64,000 bases of DNA from assembly GCA_965215565.1 (NCBI GenBank), contig CBDCDZ010000004.1:832001-896000 (forward strand), written 5' to 3'. Of this stretch, positions 19,980 through 29,509 are shown piece after piece; position 1 is the stretch's first letter; the number at the start of each line of letters is the position of its first letter. The translations under genes were made by a program, and so were the position numbers. This DNA comes from Trueperaceae bacterium. GTDB taxonomy: Bacteria; Deinococcota; Deinococci; Deinococcales; Trueperaceae. Under the pieces are notes generated by a model, which was given only the letters and a program-made list of their open reading frames with translations, ran no database searches and had not been told where the DNA came from.

Positions 19980-21344
19980 TTATGCTAACACACCCTCCTT
20001 CTCCCGCAGTCCCTCCGGTATATAGTCCCCGTGCGCTTCAATGAGGTCGTCCACCAGGTTCCAAATCTCGTCCAAACTTAGTTCGGCGGAGGTGTGCGGG
20101 TCGAGCATGGCCGCGTGGTAGATGTGCTCGCGGTTGTTCTTCAAAACCGCTTCGACACTCAAGGCTTGCACGTTGATGTTAGTCTGCATCAGCGCGGCCA
20201 AGTGCGGTGGGAGTGCGCCGATTTTGGTCGGTTGGACGCCGTTTTTATCTACAACGCAGGGGACTTCGACGACGCAGCCAGTCGGCAAATTGTCGATGAG
20301 ATTATCGTTTTGCACGTTGCCGTAGACGACGCTGGGAGTGCCGGTTTCGAGCGAATGAATGATCGTCGAGCCGTACTCATGAGAGCGCTCGACTTTAAGC
20401 TCTGAATTCGGGTTCTCGAGCTTTTCTTTCATCTCGTGCCAGCCCTCAATCTGCCGCTCACAGCGCGTGAGGTACTCGTCTAAAGGAATGTCATATTCCT
20501 CCAACAAATCCTCGCGCCCCTCCTTGATGAACCAGGGCGTGTACTCGCTGAAGTGCTCGCTAGACTCCGTGACGAAGTAGCCTAAACGCCTGAACATCTC
20601 GTAGCGCACCGCGTCGCTGAGTCCCCTCGTCCCTCCGTCCGTCCGGTCAGCGTGACCGCGCATCGGAACCTTGCCGCTCTGAGCAACCTCACGAATTTTC
20701 GGGTAGAGGTCTTCGCCGTTACGTTCAAACTTGAGGTAAAACGCCACGTGGTTGATGCCCGCGCAGAGGTAGTTGATCTCGTCTATCGGCACGCCGATGT
20801 CACTTGCAAGCTGCTCCGCCGTTCCTTGCACGCTGTGGCAGAGACCAATGGTGTTGATGCTCGAGGCGCGGTTCATCGCGAGGCAGTTCATGACCATCGG
20901 GTTGACGTAGTTGAGGTGCGTCACCTCGGGGCAGAGTTGTTCCATCTCTTGGGTCATCTCGAGAAACACCGGGATCGTGCGCACCGCCCGCATGATGCCG
21001 CCGATGCCCAATGTGTCCCCAATGGTTTGCCGCAGCCCGTACTTTTTGGGGATGTCGAAGTCAGTCACAGTCGCAGGTTTATAGCCGCCCACCTGAAACA
21101 TGCTGATGGCGTAGTCGGCGCTGTCTAAGGCGCGCTGGCGGTCTAATGTCGTCTCTATCGTCGGCTTGACGCCCAAAATATCCGCGATCTTGTGCGCGAC
21201 GACTTCAGACGTTTTAAGCCTCTCTTCGTTGATGTCGAACAAAGTCAGCGTAGACTCGGCAAGTTCGGGGTAGGACAAGATATCGCCGATGAGGTTCTTG
21301 GCGAAGACAGTACTGCCTGCGCCGATTAGAGTAATTTTAGGCAT
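19980..21344 (-). CDS. melA: GH4 alpha-galactosidase/alpha-glucosidase
   Basis: IGAGSTVF, QTIGDTLGIGG, NYVNPM, GLCHSVQ, TESSEHFSEY. Confidence 0.92.
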   Translation of the reverse strand: MPKITLIGAGSTVFAKNLIGDILSYPELAESTLTLFDINEERLKTSEVVAHKIADILGVKPTIETTLDRQRALDSADYAISMFQVGGYKPATVTDFDIPKKYGLRQTIGDTLGIGGIMRAVRTIPVFLEMTQEMEQLCPEVTHLNYVNPMVMNCLAMNRASSINTIGLCHSVQGTAEQLASDIGVPIDEINYLCAGINHVAFYLKFERNGEDLYPKIREVAQSGKVPMRGHADRTDGGTRGLSDAVRYEMFRRLGYFVTESSEHFSEYTPWFIKEGREDLLEEYDIPLDEYLTRCERQIEGWHEMKEKLENPNSELKVERSHEYGSTIIHSLETGTPSVVYGNVQNDNLIDNLPTGCVVEVPCVVDKNGVQPTKIGALPPHLAALMQTNINVQALSVEAVLKNNREHIYHAAMLDPHTSAELSLDEIWNLVDDLIEAHGDYIPEGLREKEGVLA

Positions 21345-21369
21345 GGTCTCTCCTTTGCAAATAAATGGC

Positions 21370-21381
21370 TAACACGTGTTA
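21370..21381. promoter_or_regulatory. Candidate LacI-family operator
   Basis: Perfect palindrome TAACACGTGTTA upstream of melA; 10/12 copy TAAAGCGTGTTA at 27233-27244. Confidence 0.55.
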
Positions 21382-21394
21382 CGTATTGCACTCG

Positions 21395-22183
21395 TCACTT
21401 AATCATGTGAGCAGTAGGGGGCGGCGTTTCCGAACGACGTTGTGCTAAGAGCGTTGACAGTTGGGTGTTTGCCGCCAAGAGGAGCAGCGCAAATTCGCCC
21501 ACGTTCCACCAGAAGTGAACCGCGACTCTAGGTGCAGTTGTCAACCCCGCGATGCGCCCGCAGAACGAACTATAGGCGAGCCAACCGTTTTTCCCCAAAA
21601 TACCGGGGAGCCCCTGTGCCGAGTCGAACAGCGGCAGACCGAGTGCTCTTAGCTCTACAACGACTTGGATATAGCGAACGAGCAGATAGGTGTGCTCCAG
21701 GCTATGCGCCGTCGCCCAGACCATCAGCGCCCAGCCCCACACGCCGCGCATCCCACGCACGAACAGAAATAAGCAGCAGCCCCACACGAGCCAGTTCCAA
21801 GTGAAGTGAATCCACTCGGCGTTCGCCGCGACGATCAACCCGAGCGAGCGAGCCGAGGTCCAATCCAAGAGGTAGTACTGGACGACTTGGGCGGCGTGCT
21901 CGAGCATGTGAAAGCTCTGCAAAAGGAGGAGTACGCTCAGCACTACCGCCGTGAGACCGAACGCCCTGGCGTCATCGCGCCACTTGAGCACGGCGGGCAC
22001 GGCGACGATGCCTAGCGCGATAAGCGTGGCGTTGGAAAGAGATACGTTCCAGCCGTTGACCAATACGCCCCACACTATCGTCGCCGCCGCGCCGCTTAGT
22101 ACGCTCAGCATAAACCAGCGTCCAGGGTCGAGTAGCGTGAGGAGAGGAATGGACGGACGAGACCGCCCGACTTGCACGCTCAT
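21395..22183 (-). CDS. His-rich integral membrane protein of unknown function
   Basis: Several TM segments; repeated HxxEH...HFxWN motifs. Confidence 0.8.
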   Translation of the reverse strand: MSVQVGRSRPSIPLLTLLDPGRWFMLSVLSGAAATIVWGVLVNGWNVSLSNATLIALGIVAVPAVLKWRDDARAFGLTAVVLSVLLLLQSFHMLEHAAQVVQYYLLDWTSARSLGLIVAANAEWIHFTWNWLVWGCCLFLFVRGMRGVWGWALMVWATAHSLEHTYLLVRYIQVVVELRALGLPLFDSAQGLPGILGKNGWLAYSSFCGRIAGLTTAPRVAVHFWWNVGEFALLLLAANTQLSTLLAQRRSETPPPTAHMIK

Positions 22184-23802
22184 CTCGTGACCTCTTGTCT
22201 TGTGACGGTTAAGAGCGTATGTGCAGAGAGGTCAGATAGTGTCGAGACTGCGCCGTCGGACCAGAGGATGTCTAGGTGGAAAGTGAGGCGTCTTCAGGAA
22301 TACCGAAGTGAACCCTAGGAGCGTCCCCGCTCAGATAACCGCTGCCGCTTTTGATCTCTCGAGTCAATCGTCCCTTCGCTCGTGTGGAGTTTGAGCGTTG
22401 CGCCTAGGGCTCTCGTATTGCCGTCCGACTGAAAGAGGTCAAGCTCGAGCCCCTGCCCGCCACACAGTTGATTCTCAAAGAGAACAGCCGGAGACTCTAA
22501 GTTATTGATGATAATATCTAAGTCTCCGTCGTTATCGACATCCGCCATCGTCATCCCGCGTCCCCCTTCCCGCGCGTTTAGGTTCCATTCGGGCATCGGT
22601 TCGAAACCTTGCTCAGCGTTCTTGAAGACCTGATTCTCTTCGACGAGTTCGTCGTTCGGTAAGTGCGCAAAGACCTCTTTCGCCCGCATTCCGTTGACCA
22701 CGTAGAGGTCTAAACGCCCGTCGTTGTCGAGGTCGCCGAACTTGCCTGACCAACTCCAGCCCGTCGCGTCGAGTTTGTAGGGATAGGCGAGGTTTTCGAA
22801 GCCGCCTTCCGTGCGGCTATAGAGTATGTTTTCTTCGGTTTGAACTTTTTTGCTAACGTTGCGCTGGTAGCTCTTTTCCATCAAGGGCATCCAGGCGGCT
22901 AAGGCTTCGGGGTCGCTAAAGTCGGGCTTCATGTCGGTAGCGAACAGCTCGAGCCGCCCATCATTATCCACGTCGCCCGTGTCGAAGCTCATCGTATTGC
23001 GCGTGGTGGTTTCGAAGGGTGACACCTCTTGCCAGCCTTCTGGCGTATTCAGATAGGCATAGTCCGGTACTTCGAAGTCGTTGCCTACCAAGAGGTCGCG
23101 TTTGCCGTCGTCGTTGAGGTCGAAGAGCGTCATAGCGAGCGCTTGAGAACGTTCGGCGAGCCTCGTCTCCAAAAACCCCTCGGACGTTTGTTCGTAGACA
23201 AAGACGCCCGCCCCGCTCGAGAACAAAAAGCTATCTCTCAGGTCTTTTTCCAAGAGCGAGTCGTACGACGCCGTCACGAGGTCCAAGTCGCCGTCTGCGT
23301 CCAAGTCATCCCAAAGCATCGTGTACGCCTTTTGCGTGACGCCTTTTAGAACGCTCCGTTCGAGCCTACCCCGAACGTTTTTCCAATAGCTGAGCGACCC
23401 CAAACTCTGTGTGAAGACGAGGTCGAGCCACCCATCGCCGTCCACATCCACGAGGGTGACGGCTCTCGAGTCGCCGTGCGTCAGCGCCTCCTTGCGAAAC
23501 GACAAACCGCCCTCGTTCCAGAAAATCGTGTTGTTGCCGTCTAAGTTAGCGAGGACAAGCTCTAAGTCGCCGTCATTGTCCAGGTCGCCCACCGCGACGC
23601 CTGCGCCGTTAGAGTCGTAGTAGGTGACCTCTTCGCCGTGAGCACGAGTGGTGTGATCTAAGGGATGCTTGACGAAGGTGTTGGCGCATGAACTTGCGTT
23701 TAACGGCGTCACCTCAACACCGACAGGCGTGGTTTGCGCGTAGGCAAGCGTCATTAGAGCGAGTCCTACAAAGAGTGAGAAAAATAGCGTGCGCGCCATC
23801 AT
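22180..23802 (-). CDS. Secreted FG-GAP/CRTAC1-like (ASPIC-UnbV) beta-propeller; C-terminal domain disrupted by two compensating indels
   Basis: Repeated GDLDNDGDL; shifted-frame SGSGYLSG...VHFG and LWSDG segments; the final segment is back in the original frame and ends in an ATGA overlap with the next gene. Confidence 0.85.
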
Positions 23803-23851
23803 AAGAAGAGATGGGGCGTGCTGAGAGCACGCCCTGTCAACGTGTCATCTA

Positions 23852-25153
23852 CTAGAAGAGACCGTTGATCTCTTCGTTGGCTGCGGGTAGCGCCGTCTCC
23901 GGCTCGACCTGACCGAGCAAGATGCTCTGCATGGTGCGCGTCATGATTTCGTCCACCTGCGCAGCGTAGTCGGTGACAGGAAAGAGGAACGTCGCCCCTT
24001 CGATTTCGGTGAGGTCAGAAAAGGCAGTTACGTCCACGCCCCTCTCCTCGAAGGCTGCCACTGCAGTATCGACGGCTGACTCCACCGCCGGAAAGACCAC
24101 CGCGTATGAAGCGACGACATCTTGACACTCGGGCGAAGCTAAGAACTTGACCCACGCCCAAGCCGCCTCTTGGTTATCCGTACCCGCCCAGATGGAGTCT
24201 GCGAGCCCGTTGAACATGCTCTTCTTACCTTCGGGACCAGCAGGAACATAGGCGAAGCCGACCGGAAACTCGGCGCTGTTGATGTTCGTGCCGATGTTCC
24301 AGCTTCCGTCGGTGAGCGTGGCTCCTCTACCTGCGGCAAAGAGCGCATTTTTACCGAGCGCGTTGACCTCTTCAAAGGTGGGCGCAAAACCCCGCTCGAC
24401 GAGGCTCTGATACCACGCGATGGTGGCGATAAAGCGCGGGTCGCTGTAGTTGTATTCCTCGGCGTAGAGGTCGTCGATGAAGTTCCAACCCGTCGAGGCG
24501 GCGAAGGACGCCCACTGCGTCTGCCCGTTGAAGTTCGCGCCGTCGGAGGCTAAGTAGCCGTACTGCTCGACGTTTCTGGGGTCGAAGTCGGGCGAGAGAC
24601 CGTTGTTGCCGTTCGCGTCGATAGAGAGCCGCGCGATGATGTCGGTAAAGGTGCCTCCGTCTTCGGGGTTCCAGGTGGCGTTGTTGAGTTCTTCCGCCGT
24701 GACGCCCGCCGCTTCCAACATCTGCTCGTTGTAGACCACCGCGATGGTGTCCCAATCTTTAGGAAGCCCGTAGCGCTCGCCGTCCCTGGTCCAGAGTTCG
24801 GCTAAATCGCCGACGTAGATGTCGGTGGGAACACCGTCCGCCTCGACGAGCGGCTGAATATCCACGAGTTGACCGTTCGCCGCGAGTTCCGGGTAGCGGG
24901 CTAGGTGGTTGGTGAAAACGTCGGGCGCAGTCCCCGAGACCATGCCCGTGGTGATGCCGCCCCAGTAGTCACCCCAGCCCTGCTGCGTAATCTGGACCTG
25001 AATGTCGGGATTTTGCTCCATGAAGATATTCGCGCATTCCTGATACGCGGGCTGTTGGTTGGCGTCCCAGAGCCAATAGTCGATCTGTTGGGCGAAGGCT
25101 GCGCCTGTAGCGAACGTGGCGGTGAGCGTAGCGGCAGTTAAAAACTTCTTCAT
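23852..25153 (-). CDS. Sugar ABC transporter substrate-binding protein
   Basis: Signal peptide; APDVFT, YGLPKDWDT. Confidence 0.92.
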   Translation of the reverse strand: MKKFLTAATLTATFATGAAFAQQIDYWLWDANQQPAYQECANIFMEQNPDIQVQITQQGWGDYWGGITTGMVSGTAPDVFTNHLARYPELAANGQLVDIQPLVEADGVPTDIYVGDLAELWTRDGERYGLPKDWDTIAVVYNEQMLEAAGVTAEELNNATWNPEDGGTFTDIIARLSIDANGNNGLSPDFDPRNVEQYGYLASDGANFNGQTQWASFAASTGWNFIDDLYAEEYNYSDPRFIATIAWYQSLVERGFAPTFEEVNALGKNALFAAGRGATLTDGSWNIGTNINSAEFPVGFAYVPAGPEGKKSMFNGLADSIWAGTDNQEAAWAWVKFLASPECQDVVASYAVVFPAVESAVDTAVAAFEERGVDVTAFSDLTEIEGATFLFPVTDYAAQVDEIMTRTMQSILLGQVEPETALPAANEEINGLF

Positions 25154-25268
25154 CTCTTCCTCCTTAGAATTGCAAACTCTCCGCAGAGAGGGATTGCTTG
25201 ATTAAGAGCTTTTAGCAATTGCAATTAGCTGCTAGGTATTGGCTAAGAACTAAGAGCCAACAGCTTCC

Positions 25269-26192
25269 CTACTTGAGTCCACTAAACTGCAACGAATTCA
25301 CCACTTGCCGCCCCAACACGATGAGCAGGATGAACACGGGGATGATGCTTAAAAACGTACCCGCCATGAGCCCCGTCCAGTCGGGCGCACCTTGCGGCGT
25401 CTGGGTGCGAAAAAACTGCAAGGCGACGGTAAGGACGCGCACGCTGTCGTCCTTGCCAACCAAGAAGGGCCAGAAGAACTCGTTCCACATCTGGATGCTC
25501 GTCAGGATAACGAGCGTGATAATAGGCGTGCGGCTCATCGGCAAGATGATGCGCCAGAAGATACCGAAGGGTGACGCGCCGTCTAAGCGAGCCGCCTCCT
25601 CGAAGGCGGCGGGAATCCCTAAAAAGAACTGCCTGAGGAAAAAGACCGCGAAGGGCGACATCAGGAAAAAGGGCGCAACCATGCCCGCGTAGGTGTCGAG
25701 CCAGCCCAGGTTGCGAATCAGGATGAAGTTGGGAATAAAGAGGACGATGGCGGGCACCATCAGCGCGGAGAGGTACAGCAAGAAAATCGTGTTGCGTCCC
25801 GGAAACTTGAGCCGCGCAAAGGCGTACGCCGCCATCGCACTGAAAAAGGTCTGCCCGAGCACGATAAGCGTTGTAAACACCACCGAGTTCCCCATGGCCC
25901 GCAAGAAATTGATGTTGCCGCTGCTGCCCCCCGCTGCCACGCTCTCCTCCGCGCTGACGAAGCCCAGGACGCGGCGAAAGTTAAACAGGGTTGGGTCATT
26001 GGGGAACAGCTCGCCGACGCTGCCGAAAAGGGCGCGTTGCGGCGTCAAGGCAGTTTTGAAGACGATGAAAATCGGAAAGAGGGTGAGCGCAATGAGGAAG
26101 ATGAGGAGCGCCCAGGTGAGAATGCGTCCAACGCTCCACTTACGGTCACTGACGGTTTTTGAAGTGGCTGTTTTTGAAGTCGCTGTTGCCAT
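25269..26192 (-). CDS. Carbohydrate ABC permease
   Basis: EEAARLDGA motif. Confidence 0.93.
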   Translation of the reverse strand: MATATSKTATSKTVSDRKWSVGRILTWALLIFLIALTLFPIFIVFKTALTPQRALFGSVGELFPNDPTLFNFRRVLGFVSAEESVAAGGSSGNINFLRAMGNSVVFTTLIVLGQTFFSAMAAYAFARLKFPGRNTIFLLYLSALMVPAIVLFIPNFILIRNLGWLDTYAGMVAPFFLMSPFAVFFLRQFFLGIPAAFEEAARLDGASPFGIFWRIILPMSRTPIITLVILTSIQMWNEFFWPFLVGKDDSVRVLTVALQFFRTQTPQGAPDWTGLMAGTFLSIIPVFILLIVLGRQVVNSLQFSGLK

Positions 26193-26216
26193 CTCTATCT
26201 CCTTACGCTCGAGTCA

Positions 26217-27146
26217 TTAAGCAAGGTCCGACGAGTCGCCGCGCAAGAAGCGCATCTGAAGAAGCGTCACCGCGATGAGCAGCAGGAATAACACTACGGA
26301 CATCGCCGTGGCGTAGCCCATCCTGAAGAACTCGAAGGCGTTTTGATAGATGTAGTAGACCAGGACGCGTGTCGCGTCCACTGGACCCCCTTGTGTCGTG
26401 ACGGCGACGGTGTCGAAAATCTGGAACGAGCCGACTAAGGCTGTGACCAGCACAAAGACCATGATGGGGCGCAGCAGCGGCAGCGTGATGTTGCGAAACA
26501 TGCGCCATTCGCCCGCACCGTCGATGGTGGCGGCTTCGTAGAGCGACTTGGGGATGCTCTGGATACCCGCGTAGAAAAGTAGCGCGTTAAAACCCATGTG
26601 CCGCCAGATATTGATACCGGCAATCGTCGGAAGCGCCTGCTCCACCGAGCCGAAGAAGGGCTGACGCCCGATGCCGATGTTGGTCAGGAGCGCGTTGCCC
26701 CAACCCAAAAGCGGGTCTAACATCCAGAGCCAGATGAGCGCGACGATGACGTTGGAGAGAAGATAGGGGAGCACAAACACGCCGCGCACGAAGATAGATT
26801 TGGCGACGCGGTCCATCACCACGGCGATAAAGAGACCTAGCGCGGTCTGTAAGGGGATGTTGTAGAGCACGTAGAGCCAAGTCACGCCCATCGCGTTCCA
26901 GAAGTCGCCGTCGCTGAAGAGTTCGCGGTAGTTCTCGAAGCCTACCGCTTCGGGGGGGCGCAAGAGGTTCCACTCGGTGAAGCTGATTTGCACCGCTCTG
27001 ACGGAGGGGATCGCGAAAAAGACCGCGAACCCAATGAGACTTGGCAAAATAAAGAGGTACGCCGTGAGCGCTTCTTGACTAGTGAACTTACTTATGAACG
27101 AAGGCTCATCTCGTTTGGCGGACGTGGGGGCGGCCCTGGTACTCAC
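26217..27146 (-). CDS. Carbohydrate ABC permease
   Basis: EAATIDGA motif; start uncertain (GTG 27146 has an RBS; frame open to 27203). Confidence 0.92.
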   Translation of the reverse strand: MSTRAAPTSAKRDEPSFISKFTSQEALTAYLFILPSLIGFAVFFAIPSVRAVQISFTEWNLLRPPEAVGFENYRELFSDGDFWNAMGVTWLYVLYNIPLQTALGLFIAVVMDRVAKSIFVRGVFVLPYLLSNVIVALIWLWMLDPLLGWGNALLTNIGIGRQPFFGSVEQALPTIAGINIWRHMGFNALLFYAGIQSIPKSLYEAATIDGAGEWRMFRNITLPLLRPIMVFVLVTALVGSFQIFDTVAVTTQGGPVDATRVLVYYIYQNAFEFFRMGYATAMSVVLFLLLIAVTLLQMRFLRGDSSDLA

Positions 27147-27425
27147 ACCATTCCTCTCCTTCCGAATAGGCAGCACCTCTCTCATGAAAGACGCCCTATT
27201 CACTCTTCCGAACGGGTAACTTACACTGTTAGTAAAGCGTGTTAGTTAGTTTATAAGCCTTCCGCATTTTGTCAAGTGTAGCGTCTTCATACTAGGGAAA
27301 TAGGGTTATAACCGCGATACTGCGCCCTTCAAATGCTATAAAGGGCGTACTTTTAACTGTTTCTAAGGAGTATTGATGCACGTTACAGCGTTAGGAACCA
27401 CCTCATCCACCGAAAGCCTCGCCCT

Positions 27426-28559
27426 ATGACTAACCCTAAAGAACGAGTTTTAGAAACCTTCCAAAAACGCTACGACGCCGAGCCCACGCTCTTGGTCCGT
27501 GCGCCGGGGCGCGTCAATCTCATCGGCGAGCACACCGACTACAACGGCGGCTTCGTTTTACCGCTCGCGATTGACCGGGCGGTGTGGCTGGCGCTCAGAC
27601 CGCGTGAGGATTCGAGAGTTGAGGTTCATTCGCTCGAGTTCGGTAAAACGCGCAGCTTTAACCTCGGAGGATTCGGCAAAGGTGAGGGGTGGTTGGAGTA
27701 CCTCAAAGGCACCGCGTGGGCGCTAGGAGAGGCGGGTTACGAGCTTAAAGGCTGGCAGGGGGTCAGTGGGAGCGACGTGCCGCGCGGCTCGGGGCTCTCC
27801 TCGTCGGCGGCGCTAGAACTCGCCGCGGCGCGGGCGTTCGCCGCCGTCTCTGACCTTACGTGGGACGCGGCGGAGATGGCAAAGCTCGCGCAAAAAGCCG
27901 AGAACGAGTGGGTGGGCGTGAGCTGCGGCGTCATGGACCAACTCGCGTCGGCGGCGGGACGAGAAGGACACGCCATCCTGATCGACTGTCGCTCTTTAGA
28001 GACCCAAGCCGTACCCCTACCCGAAGGTGCGGCCGTCGTCGTCCTCAATACGGGCGAACAGCGTGGGCTCGTAGCCTCGGCGTATAACGAGCGGCGGCAG
28101 CAGTGCGAGGCGGCGGCGCGAGCCTTCGGCGTGGAGGCGCTTAGAGACGTGAGCGTAGAACAGTTTGGCGCGGAGGCGGATAAGTTAGACGAGGTGACGA
28201 GAAAGCGGGCGCGGCATGTGATTTACGAAAATGCTCGGACGCTTCAAGCTGCTGAGGTGATGAGGCGGGTCGACGCGAAGAGGTTGGGTGAACTGATGAA
28301 CGAGAGTCATAGAAGTTTGAGAGACGATTTTGAGGTCTCGAGTGACACTCTTAACGCGATAGTCGAGTGCGCTTGGAACGCAGGTTGTTACGGCGCACGC
28401 ATGACGGGCGCAGGCTTCGGCGGCTGCGCGGTAGCGCTGGTGGCACAAGATAGTGTAGACGCCTTCGTCCAAGAGGTCGCGCCCTGCTACGAGGAGAAAA
28501 CAGGGCGCGAGGCGGAAATCTACGTGTGTCAGGCGACAGAGGGAGCGGCGGTGGTCTAG
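27426..28559 (+). CDS. galK: Galactokinase
   Basis: GRVNLIGEHTDYN, PRGSGLSSSAA, GARMTGAGFGG. Confidence 0.97.
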   Translation: MTNPKERVLETFQKRYDAEPTLLVRAPGRVNLIGEHTDYNGGFVLPLAIDRAVWLALRPREDSRVEVHSLEFGKTRSFNLGGFGKGEGWLEYLKGTAWALGEAGYELKGWQGVSGSDVPRGSGLSSSAALELAAARAFAAVSDLTWDAAEMAKLAQKAENEWVGVSCGVMDQLASAAGREGHAILIDCRSLETQAVPLPEGAAVVVLNTGEQRGLVASAYNERRQQCEAAARAFGVEALRDVSVEQFGAEADKLDEVTRKRARHVIYENARTLQAAEVMRRVDAKRLGELMNESHRSLRDDFEVSSDTLNAIVECAWNAGCYGARMTGAGFGGCAVALVAQDSVDAFVQEVAPCYEEKTGREAEIYVCQATEGAAVV

Positions 28560-28694
28560 CCGGGCTACGTTGACACCCTAAGGAGATGAACGCAAGCACC
28601 TATAGAGCGCCGACGCTGCGCGTCTCGGGCGAGTTTTTCTATCGCTCCTTGCTTCTTACTTCTCAATTCAAAGACTGCAAAACGTCAATAGAAC

Positions 28695-28847
28695 CTAGTT
28701 TTTTCCATCTTCGTCATCGCCGCCGCGCCAGAGCAGGAAGTAAAGGATCACGGCGATGATAGCGAGAACCGCCGCCACCTCGACGAAGAGGAGCAGCTTC
28801 TCCCAGATGGACAGATCGGGAATGGCTGAAAAGCTTTCTGGAATCAT
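28695..28847 (-). CDS. 50-aa single-pass membrane protein (not in the ORF track)
   Basis: RBS GAAGGAG; MIPESFSAIPDLSIWEKLLLFVEVAAVLAIIAVILYFLLWRGGDDEDGKN*. Confidence 0.7.
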   Translation of the reverse strand: MIPESFSAIPDLSIWEKLLLFVEVAAVLAIIAVILYFLLWRGGDDEDGKN

Positions 28848-28982
28848 AGGAGACTCCTTCTGGAGGCTGGTGAGGCACTTTGACCTCTCGAGTAGTAGGC
28901 GATCAGCCGCCAGGTATAGGCTGCTAACACCTAACCTACCAAAAGGTTACCCCTCGCGCCTCTAGAGAACGTGAGACACATC

Positions 28983-29348
28983 CTACAGCATGTCCGCCCG
29001 TCTACTCTGCGTCACGGTAGGCGGCTCTTCCTCCTCGACCCGGTTGCGCAACAACTCGATAAGGAACACCTGCGCAACGCCGAAACTCAGCGCGCTGATG
29101 AACCAGTTGATCCAGCGGAGCGGGTTATCCACGTTCTGCCGCAAATTGATAGTGATGACTGCCGGACGAAAACCCCACCGCGTGATGAAGTAGACTGCGC
29201 CAAAGGCAAACACGACGCTGAAGATGCTCATGACTAAGCGCGAGCTGAGCCAAGCGTCGGGGACCCACCGCTTGCCGAAGCGGTTGACGAGAAAAAAGGT
29301 GACGAAGGATATGACTAGAAAGATAAGTGTGGTGGTAAGAACATTCAC
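28983..29348 (-). CDS. Small membrane protein (about 3 TM)
   Basis: RBS AAGGAGG; hydrophobic segments. Confidence 0.75.
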   Translation of the reverse strand: MNVLTTTLIFLVISFVTFFLVNRFGKRWVPDAWLSSRLVMSIFSVVFAFGAVYFITRWGFRPAVITINLRQNVDNPLRWINWFISALSFGVAQVFLIELLRNRVEEEEPPTVTQSRRADML

Positions 29349-29509
29349 GCTTAGCGCCTCCTTAATGCGGCTAGTTTCGTACCGTTGACGTATTTGTGAA
29401 CTTTTCGTTGCCTTCTTAGGCTGATTATAGACTGTGAACTCTGCTTTTCTACTGATAGATTCGACCTTGTGCCTCCCTTACGCCGCACAAGGTGCTCTGC
29501 AGGCGTGGT

